Assembly (NCBI GenBank): GCA_964035545.1 | Contig: OZ037767.1 | Location: 18,878,259 to 18,942,258 of the forward strand | Direction of reading: 5' to 3' | DNA: 64,000 bases | DNA from: Bugula neritina | Lineage: Eukaryota > Animalia > Bryozoa | Translations under genes and position numbers: made by a program | Notes under the pieces: generated by a model | Databases searched by the model: none | What the model was told of the DNA's origin: nothing | Seen by the model: the letters and a program-made list of their open reading frames with translations, nothing else | Part shown: piece after piece, positions 39,401-49,594 of the stretch | Position numbering within the stretch: the stretch's first letter is position 1 | Layout of the letters: every line of letters begins with the position of its first letter

Positions 39401-42400
39401 AATATCAACTTTTACATCGGCGGAAATAGAAATAAAATTCATCCGCCGGGTGCACAAAGTCTTAATCACGCACCCCAACCACGTTGCTCGATCTTTTCAT
39501 ACGCTGATGCAGTCAGGAGTAGACGTGTTTCTAAGCAGTAGTTCAAACCATTTCACACATTCAGTATGTCTTACGACAACAGATCGTGGGGTGAGTTAAC
39601 TATATCTTAATACGAAACTAGATTGCATCGCTCAGCTCTGACTCACCGAGTCAATCGAGCTGGAGATAGGTTAGTGAAATACCGTAGTAAGAACTCAGTT
39701 TGACTTAGAGATTTTTATAATCTCATTGCAATACGTGTTCTATCTGACTATTCACTACCATAAATCTCTACGAGGTAACTGAATTAGGAGTTGCCAAGCT
39801 GTTCAAGCTGACAACACAGCAGTGTACTGTATTACCACTGTTGAAACTTTTTCAGATTACACTCGACCCGCTACAACCAGGGTACGGGATAGAACACTTC
39901 CCGCTCCGTATCCAGAGGAGTATGCTAGTGGTGACCGGCCTGAGCCACTACGCCGCCGTTGGCGGTAGGTGTCTCCACAAACAGAAGAAGAAATAGAAAC
40001 AGCCTGGGGGTCCAGAGGACGGACGAGATGCCAGATCTGTGGTGAAGATTGCGCCTCTCACCGCTCCCTTAAACTACACGTCAATGCTCATCTCCTACTG
40101 ACATTCTGCCCCTGCGGGTACAATGATGTGTATCCCTACCCTGTCACCAGACACAGAGCGGCGGGCTGTTTCCCTGGAGAAAACTACGTGGTCGACGCTA
40201 AGCTATACCCGGAGTTCCTCACACTTATACGACCTCTGGTGAAGAAGGCCATGCTATTAGCCGTTCTGTCCTCGGGGTTCCAACGTGTGTTAGACAACGC
40301 CCGCCAACAATCCCCGTTGGTGTCTGACCGCCCTCAAATCACATACACCCCCGAGGAAACTACATATCCAGAAGAAGGAGAGATCTCCCCTACACCGGCG
40401 AAGAGACGAACCAGGTCCCCCAGTCCACCCTTGCGCCGCAGACGGACACCGTCCCCAGACCCAGTACGCCTAGCCACAGTAGAAGAACGCCTCCTGCGAT
40501 TACAAGAAGAGTTCACCCAGCTGGCGCCAGACCTACTTAACACTACAACAGGACTCTTCCAGCTAAAGGGATCCGTATGCCGTATGAAACGGAAACTGCG
40601 TACATGCCAAGCCAAGCACCGGCGTGCCCAACAAGGACTCTAGTTGGCTACCCAGAATACTCCGCAACTTCACATCTTGGGAGGACCCAAGATGTCATGC
40701 AAATGTTTAACTGCTTAACAGGTTATCCCCTGTCTAACACCACAGCTAGCTAGTATTCCTCGTCTATCTACAGCTGGCCAATTGTATGCAACGAATCGTT
40801 ATGATGACTCTGTTTATTACTATGTCTCTTCCTGTATATTATGTGTTATTTTTGTCCACTGATGTATGCGGTTACTAATGAATGTTTTTTATATATATAT
40901 CAGAAAGATGGCTTTCTGCTGGTGGGGGCGGTGTGGTGGTTCGTGGAACTACCAGCAGCACAACATGTAGGGTCGCGTAATTGACCCGGAACAATGGATA
41001 GCCAATTAGCGTAGTTGATAGCAGCAATTGTAGTTTCCCGCTGCTAACTCAGTCGAAGCTAGAGTGTGAAATAGACTAGATGTGTAACTTGTTTGGAAAT
41101 AATGTATCGTGTTTTTATAATGTATAGTTGTGTATAAAATATACTCGTTCACTCGACTTATCCTGGTGCAGTTCTATAGTAGATAAATAGACTCTCTGGA
41201 TAGCACATCAACCCTAAATCTGAAAATCTTAACAGTATATATTTTAGTATTTTACATACAGTGTATGTATACAAAATACTGAAATAGTCAAAACTTGCTA
41301 AAATCTTCATTTGGTTAATCATTTGAAAAACCTGATTTTCAACTGCCAGTTATACAAAGCATCCCTACGGATATACACATATTTGCTATGTTTTGTGTTT
41401 TGCGACTATCTTCTAGTTTTTACTAACACAATGCTGAATAAGCATGATATATAGAGTTAAATAATAAAGTCGACTACATCATGGCTCACTTGCACCTTGA
41501 ATTATATCACTAGGCATTTTATACAAAGCACTAAACTGTATGTTGAGTTAATCATATAATGAAGGTCAAAAATTGGAAGCTTCAATTAACTAAAACGTTT
41601 GGCAACATCAACACGAAGTTTACTGTAAATATAACAACTTACTTGTAAAGTCTCGGAAATCTAGTCTTAATTTCACAGAAGCCTAGTCCCTGCCTGGTTT
41701 CTATGAACTTCTGTATGTACACACTTACGAGTCTCCTCCAAGGGTTCCGCACCAGAGCAAAGGAAAAGTAGCTAAGAAATTCTTTCGTGTTTCCAACAGC
41801 GATCCTGTTGCCTCTTACTAAATACCTGAAATATTTTATTGAAACTGGTATGACTACTAAACTTATTTTGAATATATAAAATACATAGTATATCTGTTAA
41901 AATAGAAATAGGCTACATGTCTTTCTCTGTTTCATTTTACATATATTTCATTATTTCAGATACAATGGTGTTATAGAAACAACGCAGTACTATTTTTATA
42001 TTTTTAGTGTAGTAATAAGTTATGAAATCAAATGGTTGTTTTATGTGTAATATTCTATAATAATTTTACTTTTGTAATTAAAAAGTGCATCAAATTATTC
42101 TTGTGGTATGCAAAAAGCCTTCTAGTAATCTAAATAAAAAAATGTTTTTATCAATTAAACTTTAGATATATTTTAAAAAACCATTAAGCAGACGAATTCA
42201 ATGCAATCAATGACCATTACATAATTACTATAGCTCTTCCCTATGTACCCAAGACTTCTAGCATATATACTCAGAACTTTTAGATGTAACTAGCTACAAG
42301 TGTGCTTTAAGAAATGCACGTAGTTGTGGTTTGTCTTTCTAATATCTATAGACATATTGTTAGGCAATGGAAAGAGATTATATTGTAGAGATTAGAGTGT

Positions 42401-45400
42401 TTTAACATATTAAGTAACAGTGAATTGTGATTTACAGGCTCTAAAATGAGGAAACCTATCATATTTAGATTCTTCATTTTTAAGTCTAACATTAGTTGAC
42501 AAACAAGTTCGATCGTGCAAACACAATTGCATTGTTTTTAGAGATCCTAGAAAATGCATTTGTTAGATAGTCTTTTAAATTAAAGTAAAACTAAAGGGTT
42601 TGCAAAACACTTGAAAAGTCACTTTGAGTTTTATGTCTAACATTTTCTAATATTTTGTGATAACCAGTTATATAATAGTAATATAATATAACAGCATTTG
42701 ACTACTCCTCCTAGTAAGACAATCTAGGATAGTAATTGTTGCAGCTGCATGGTCCCATGTAGTGCATTGGACCAACTCAATGTAATGTAAGATCTGTCAT
42801 CCAGTCATAAAAATCTCTCTCACAAAAACTCCATAACCTATACGTATAGCTTATAACGACATTTTTTGATGTGTGGCATATATTGGTAAAACTGGCAACA
42901 CTCTTAGTTGACAAAAGCAACTCACCGGGGCACCATATTGTGTGGTTTTAGGTTTTTTATGTTGGAGCAAGGAGGGCCCCTGAACCAACACAGAAGTCTA
43001 AGAATGTTGGTGCTTCCAGCCTTGAGTATTGGACAGAAGAGGACATGTTTGTGTGTAGAGATCAAAGATCTGTGACCGGCTGTCACTCCGAGTATGTACT
43101 CCTTGACATCAGGTCTTTTGCAAGTCTGAAATACACAACTTAACCAATCATCTGCTTTGTTACACTTAGTCTACCAATCATATGCTCTGTTACAATTAGT
43201 TTACTAATCACATACAAACTTTTAATTAATAACTCAACTGATACAAGTTTAAGCAATGTTACTTCACCAATCATTTGCGCTGTTTGTAACCGTTTGTAAC
43301 TCTTATTTAGCTTAGGTTTTTGTTTGAGATATATGGTCTGTTTTACTCTCACAAGAGTAAATGAATATTTGCTAGAGCTCATATCATTTTTGTAATTTTA
43401 TTATTCAAATAAGAAACAATACCGTCTGTAGCCGAAGAGCCTATAACCTGAAATTACCTGTATGGGTTTTGAAAAGCGCTGAATAGTAAAACACTTTTTT
43501 ATGAAAGCAATTTTGTTGGAAATACCAGAAAACATAATCAAAATAATATATTTACTAGTTGAAAAAGTGAGATTTTAGTAAAGTAAAGTAACATGCAAGT
43601 CATGAATCCATGTTTGTACATAACAAGACTATTTTTGACTCCATCAAATAACAACATGGAAAATGTGAGAGAAAGAAAAGTCAAAGTTTAATATCAAGCA
43701 TTTGCAGCAAAGTGTGTAGCTTTTTAATGCAAAGCAAAGGATTACCATAAAGGCTTTGTTGTGAAATTACGAGATGATAAAATAGAGATTTCCTGTTCAA
43801 CTATTGCAATAGAAGAAGACTATAAACTATAAAGTATCAGATACACATGGAATAGCAATAAAGTTACAGCTCCTTCACTGTTTTAGTATTTTAATCTGCC
43901 ACGGCTACATAAAGATATATAAGTGACTCACCTCTCTAATTAACTGATGCCTTTCTACCTGCTGCCGAGCTACCAGACTGGCGTTGTAGGGCAGCTTATC
44001 TGAATCTCGAGTCAACCAACCCTGGTATGGCCTGCTTTTCATCTCTAAAAACAACATAGCATGAACTTCATGTGAAAGTAGAACTGGCTGTAAAGCTCGT
44101 AAAGGTAGTTATAAAAACGCTGACTGCTCGGCTCCTATTAAAGTGATTTGTGATGTCAGACAGTGCGCTCAGTCATGGTTACTGGTATGCTGATGTAGAA
44201 AATACATCAAACTCAAAAGTTGTAAATTTATACAATTAAGGAGAAGAAATTAGGTCCAATCATAAAAATATTCTATCAAGATGGTTCAGCAAAAACAAAG
44301 ATACCGCAGCTTCTTCCAACAACATTTAATGCAAGGCTGTAAATATTAAATCAAATTATATTATGCATGACAGCTGGCTGCTTCAAATCATAATGCATTT
44401 AAAATAATCGCTCATTAGTCGTAGTATAATTTCTAAACTACAGCCTTAATTTCATAGCTCTAAGCGCTTATAGAAAGTTAGTAACCATGGTGTAGATGAA
44501 AAGGCTTTCATAAGAATTTTGCTGATTATAAACAATTTAAGATGAATGCACTGTGACATAATATTTACCGATGCATAAGCCTTGTATATCTATATCTATA
44601 ATGCAACGTTCTTAGTTTTTACTATAGTAAAAAAAGCATATTTAAAGTGAGGTATTATATATTTAACTTTTTCACAAACTCAATGCATTGGTTATTAAAC
44701 ACGTAACATTTGGCGGAAATCTATAAGGCTTAATGTAGCTAATATCTGTAGCAATGTGCCACATGAATCAAAAGATTACGTTCAGAGTGATACGGTTGGA
44801 CTCTGTTGATTCAAGTTGATTTATATTCGTCACCAAGTTAGAGAAGCAAAGACAAAGTGAAGATGTAGTGTAGCAGGTGATTTATGGACCATTAGTCTAC
44901 ATTACTCAATGCTGCATATCAACTGTTAGAAACTATATGCTACTAAATAGTACCATATATTTCTACTAAATTGCATGGTTAAAGGATTTTTGTTTGTTTC
45001 TCATATAAATACAGGTGGAGCTTGAATGAATGGGATTGGTGACACAAACAATGTGCTTAGCTTGTGATATTTACAAAAGCAGAATGATATGCCATAGTTA
45101 GATATATACAGTAAGGAAATCACAAATTGTTTTTACAAACTTCATCTGTTTATATCCAGTCATTCTAATGTATAATATATTCTAATAAACAGTACAGAAC
45201 TGATAAATCCTAAAAAGGTTTATTTAGAGAAGGAGAAGTAGTTACTTTACCCTCTAATGTAAGTATCCTAGAGGAAGCTCTCTCCCCTACAGCATTGTCT
45301 ATTAAAGAATCTGCAGTTGTAAGGACTTGTGTGTTGCTATAGTCACCTCTCTTTGAGATGACCTCTCTAACTGGTTTGTGGGAATTACTTGCTGAAGTTT

Positions 45401-46148
45401 TTAGATTGTCTTGTTGTCTACCAAAATTATCTTTTTCTATTGCTATACTATCACCTCTGCAACCAAAATATCAGCTACATTCTATGAATCGTAACTTAAT
45501 AAATTTGTGTGTATATTTAGTACACAGATATAGTAATCTGCTGTACACAAATTTCATATAACTTCTTTTGTGTACAGCAGCTATTTCAAGTTTTGTTCTT
45601 TAATTAGAACAGCTTAGAAAACCATGGTTGACTTTGCTTTATTGACGAGATTCGAAATTTGGTTTTTGCTACTTTACTTTTCAAATATGAAAGCACAGAA
45701 ATTAATAATATTTATTGCCAGCTATTATACCACGCTGTTTAAAATGTCAAACATAAAATATGTTTAAGTTTTTCTGCCATGTGTGCTTTTGCCAACATGC
45801 TGAAAAGAATATGGGGAAATTTCATAGACTCGTTGTAGGTAAGAAAAGTTATGCTAAAGTGTAGTCACATTCTGCCATATGATGCTCAGCAACAACTCAA
45901 GTGAATATTTGTAAGATGTAGCAGCAACCAGGAGAAAGAGAAAGTTCTAACTGCAGAAGTAGATTACTTTAAGAAAAGTTTTAGGATACAATATCAAAAC
46001 TAAAAAAACTAACTGATCAAGTAAAATCTTAAATATTGGTGACAAAAACTTACCTAGATTTAATATTTTTAGAGGACAATGAAAGCAATAATAGGGAGAT
46101 AATCCCAACTGCTGCCACTATTGAAACTCCCTGTTTGGCAAGAGCCAT
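32554..46148 (-). CDS. Golgi carbohydrate sulfotransferase (Sulfotransfer_2 family, CHST8-14/HNK-1ST-like), 7 exons, about 399 aa
   Basis: Minus-strand exons 46148-46054, 45456-45251, 44044-43932, 43125-42926, 41825-41643, 33321-33161, 32795-32554 (1200 nt). N-terminal type II anchor IVAAVGIISLLLLSL; 5'-PSB FCPILKAGSTN; 3'-PB VRNPWRRLVSVYIQKF; NGHWRPQYHMCSFC..YTFIGKIETMKSD; C-terminal LYRIDFEMFQY. Confidence 0.92.
33430..33494. repeat. (TA)n microsatellite
   Basis: Pure TA run. Confidence 0.97.
33726..34032 (+). repeat. 5' LTR (307 bp)
   Basis: TGTGGTGGTTCG...TCTTAACA; differs from the 3' LTR by one substitution and one 4-bp indel by eye. Confidence 0.97.
34034..34051 (+). promoter_or_regulatory. 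Primer-binding site complementary to the tRNA-Leu 3' end
   Basis: TGGTGGCAGCGGTGGGAT is the reverse complement of ...AUCCCACCGCUGCCACCA, the metazoan tRNA-Leu(AAG/UAG) 3' end; lies 1 nt after the LTR. Confidence 0.9.
34064..35017 (+). CDS. gag: Gag (capsid plus CCHC zinc knuckle)
   Basis: Intact 317-aa ORF; KAPTFTGEEGVEQFIQEF capsid-like start; knuckle CWECGNQGHFRRYC. Confidence 0.93.
   Translation: METENAGTQPPAIEGERRDNAVETMPVNHVVEERRVPRELAEDRYRLKAPTFTGEEGVEQFIQEFSDVMDVAQWPPRVALLKLRMALMDKAKPYGLGVDIDNIFASLRARFGLSATDARARLQRLRRDPRTPLREHAAAVMKLAQIAYSDLPPVNRERYTLDAFIASVDDLGLHHQFLARGVTTVEDALTEGEAYLLANQMHKSRGSSRQVEIDRADTAAGQGEETPAAAAVSQLATASKVTQLTDMLAKLIATLTPQNPVSTAPEPMRPSAPPQGETVSFCWECGNQGHFRRYCPFLNQGLNYRGPQMFPPSAGRR
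34966..35030 (+). promoter_or_regulatory. Putative -1 ribosomal frameshift signal (gag to pol)
   Basis: G_TTA_AAC in gag phase at 34966-34972, 5-nt spacer, stem CGGCCCGC (34978-34985) with GCGGGCCG (35003-35010); the pol frame is -1 relative to gag and open across this site. Confidence 0.75.
34972..39541 (+). pseudogene. pol: Pol polyprotein (protease, RT, RNase H, integrase), disrupted
   Basis: FLIDSGC (PR); WSSPVVLV..RFCVDYRKLN, LPFGL, YLDD (RT); LDTDAS, ELLAV, TDHASL, NADGLSR (RH); HKQAH..CEIC, VDLVGP, SDQG, VER and GPY (INT). Lesions: TGA 35263, 4-bp AAGT duplication near 36642-36649, TGA 37562, TGA 37802. Confidence 0.95.
39566..40643 (+). CDS. Retrotransposon accessory ORF3, spliced (39566-39590 + 39856-40643, about 270 aa): C2H2 zinc finger, Arg/Ser-Pro-rich tract, coiled coil; one in-frame TAG at 39966 in this copy
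   Basis: ATG TCT TAC GAC AAC AGA TCG TGG G|GTGAGT ... CTGAC ... CTTTTTCAG|AT TAC ACT joins in frame with ORF 39969-40643 (CQICGEDCASHRSLKLHVNAH; CPC...HRAAGC; PAKRRTRSPSPPLRRRRTPSP; heptad LATVEERLLRLQEEF). Confidence 0.72.
40919..40931 (+). promoter_or_regulatory. Polypurine tract
   Basis: G-rich CTGGTGGGGGCGG directly before the 3' LTR, preceded by hairpin CAGAAAG-ATGG-CTTTCTG. Confidence 0.75.
40932..41234 (+). repeat. 3' LTR (303 bp)
   Basis: Near-identical direct repeat of 33726-34032. Confidence 0.97.
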
Positions 46149-47109
46149 CTTGTTTTTCACGGCAGACCGTAACTTGATGTCTATTTGTATCTCCTATGGA
46201 GAAGTTGCTAAAAGTTTGTATATTGCCATATGCAAGGAATACCGTGATAGTTTCCCTTGGTGGCTAGCTTAGACCTAACTGAATTTCAGCTGTTACCTAC
46301 CAATACATACAAAACTTATTCTTTTAATGACGATCCATCAACATAGGCTTTACTGACTAATCTTTAATAATGTCGGTGAGGAGCAGTCAACCTTGACACT
46401 GGTATGGTGCTGCACCAGTCTACACTCAAATACATATCTTAATCCGGTTGCATTACTCAATCGGAGCTGTAATTCACATATGGTCATATGCTGGTTTGTA
46501 GAACAGTAATATGCTGGGTACCTTCATGCCACCAATGTTACCTTAAATATTAAATTTTGTCTTCAAAAACCGTTTGTTAATCTTTTTTTTCATATGAAAC
46601 AGAATAGTAATTTATGCTGCAGTTTTGTATAGATGTTACATCTCAAGTGTTGAGTAGTTTAATTCATGCAGGAGAGCTATTGGGTACAAAAACTTATACC
46701 TTATTTATATGAACTAGTTTTAAGATACACGCAGACTTTAAAATAATTACCATTAGATACTACACTGCATTTGCCTTTGCACTGCAAGTAAATTGTTTTA
46801 GCTAAGACTGGTTTTGCTGAGTAAATCAGAGAGAGGAAATATATTGAGGATTAGCCAGTAATCTGTCTTTACTAATCTCACATAATGGCACTTCAGCTGA
46901 TGAGAATACATTGGCCATAAATCATAGGATTAGATATTGCTAATCACCAGCCAGTGACTGTAATGTTTATTGTGTGGTATAGTACAGAGTAGAGTAGTAT
47001 ATAAAATAGTATATAGTATAGTATAATATATGGCATAGTATAGCACATAGTATAGACAGTACAGTATAGTATAACATAGTATAGTATAGTGAGTTATAGT
47101 GTAGTATAG

Positions 47110-48390
47110 TAGGGGTAACAGGGGGGAGGGCACAACGGTCATAGGGGTACAAAAAGCCGGCCAAATTGTGAGAGAACTTATTGACTTAAAATTGTGATTT
47201 TTTTTTCATAAAAAGGTATTGACATAAGTATTCAGTCATTGTAGTTTCAACACTTGTGCAGCATACGTGTTGAAAAGGCGAGACAAAAACTGTTTTTATC
47301 TACTTTTTGTAAATTTTTTAAGATGTCGTTGAAGCTTTATAACTTTTTACACTCAAAGGCAACAAGCCTAGATTTTACTGATATTGTTGCTATTGCTTGT
47401 CTCTACATTGCTTAACTAGTATAACAGCAAACTCTAAAATAAATTTTCCTTGAGGCACATTTATGTTTAATTTGACCATCCGGGGCACAATGGGCCACCT
47501 GATTATTGTACCCTGATCACTGGTTTTTGTTTGTTTGCCCAAAAAGTTGGTTGAAATGTTGCTAAAAACTATATATATAGCCATTTCTGATCTTTTTGTA
47601 ACATATCAAAGACATCATGGTAAGACTACAAAACTACAAGGTGAAGCTCCCCTAATATATACATCTGGTGAGGTTAAAGCTTTGCTATTTTATACATAAT
47701 ACAAAACACTCTGCTGTTGCTACTTAAGTAGATAGTCACGATAATCATTATGCATTATATCATTGAGGGAATATACATGCATTTGACTAAAATAAATTGT
47801 AATTTACTCATTTGCTCCCCCCTCTCCCTTCCGTACCCCAGCCACAAACCGAAGCCATGCACCTTAGCTACAGTTCATAGAAAAAAGTCCACTCGGAATT
47901 TTGTAGTACATGTTACTAAAGTCTTTTTTCTGATAAAAGTTCCTCTGAAGTGTAAATAAAAAATATTTTTAGTTTGAAACAGTAATGATAATGGCACCGT
48001 AGAACTGAGTGATGTGCGTTTGATTTTGCCTTCCTCTGCTATCCGTGGCGGCACAAACTGTACAGCTAAAACATGAATTTTGCTTTGGATCTGAAAGAAT
48101 ATTTTTTATTTATTTATAATATTAAATAAATAAAGATCAGATGCAACAGATGCAAAGTTTCAATATAGTTGTTGTGTCCCACCCAGTGGCACAATGGGCC
48201 GATTTTTTCGTTACGAAAATTTCATTATTCTGAAAGCTGTGAGAGAGATAGAAACAGCAAACTGATACCTGTAATAGACAACAAATGCAGCATTAAGACT
48301 AGAGATTATTGAACAAGTAACTTGAAAAACAGACGAATGAGAGCAAAAAATGCAAAATTCGGCCCGTTGTGCCCCCCCCCCTTACCCCTA
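47110..48390. mobile_element. Non-autonomous TIR DNA transposon, copy 2 of the 16785-18124 family
   Basis: Same TIRs and colinear internal sequence; inserted in a (TAGTA)n-type satellite (46975-47109 and 48400-48575). Confidence 0.88.
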
Positions 48391-49594
48391 TAGCATAACA
48401 TATTATTGTATAGTATAGTTGGAGCAGTATATAGTAAAGTATAGTGTAGTATAATAATATAGTATAGTACAGTATAGAGTAGGATATATAGTATAATGTA
48501 CAGTACATTACAGTATAGTGTAGTACCTACTGTATAACATATTAGTATGATTTAGTGTAGTATAGTATAGTGTAGCGTGGTACTCAATTGGGCAAATACT
48601 TGGTGACGTTTTAAAGGTGATGATTGCACAATAACATTTTTAACCGTCATGAAATTTTTGCATCCAGCAGGAAAATTACTATAGTTGTTGTTTATCTCAG
48701 GTGTACTTGTATTTCTACTTAATGTATAGAACCTTTGGTATTGCAGAGAGAGGATAATTTCCAATTCTTCTGTCAACTGCTTATATTGTGTTCTTAAGGT
48801 CACCAACCAGTTGTAATATTTCAAGTGTTACACTGAGCTTGTTGAAAATAGCTTTAGTGAAGCTAATTACCATGTAAAATATAAGATAACCATGAAGTAT
48901 GCTGCAACTTTGATAAAATAAAATAAATAAAAACTTTACAAAGAGGCCAATGTTAGGGAATTAACTAGAACAAGCACACCAGTTCCAACCTAATAGGTTT
49001 ACTCACTGAAACATGTAAAGTCACCATTCAAGATGAGATTGTTAACTTGAGAATGCATTATCTATAATATAATTCTAATTAACAAAACTCTGAATTTTTG
49101 TGTGCTGCTACAACTAGCAAATTCCTGTTACTTTTTCAAAGCTAAACAAGCTTAACAGTAACTGAAAGTGGTTAGCTTTGTTGGCGTTAGATGATACGTG
49201 TCATATAAAATAGTGTATGCTCCATTTGGTAACAAACTGAATGTATTTAGCGTGCTGAGTAGCCTGTATAATATAAACTTCACGTAATAGAGGCACAATC
49301 ATAATTTTTTTTATTTTAATAACAGCCTGAAGTTGGCAGCACAGAATGTATGGTTCTGTTAAAAAAGAAACACGATTGGTATAAAAATAATTTTTTACAA
49401 ATTTACTGCACATAAATTCCCAATTGCTAAATTTAGCAAATAACAGGAATTATTGGCTCTCATGTAAGTTCACATTGATATCTTCATTTCAAATGCAAAC
49501 TCATTAACCTCGGCTTTAATCAGTATAACATTTAATGCATTGTGTGCATCTGCAACGCCACAGCTACTCAACTATATTTCTTTCCTTCCGAGAT

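Larger units (their letters stand above)
33726..41234 (+). mobile_element. Full-length Ty3/Gypsy LTR retrotransposon (inactivated copy), antisense in sulfotransferase intron 5
   Basis: Two TG...CA LTRs, PBS, gag, pol in PR-RT-RH-INT order, an extra 3' ORF and a PPT; GC content sharply higher than the host DNA. Confidence 0.98.

Noticed and set aside
34202-40615. Antisense and alternate-frame ORFs inside the retrotransposon
   Set aside because: Expected shadows of GC-rich coding sequence; no recognisable motifs.
39969-40643. ORF3 as an env gene
   Set aside because: No signal peptide, fusion-peptide architecture or TM anchor; zinc-finger and basic motifs instead.
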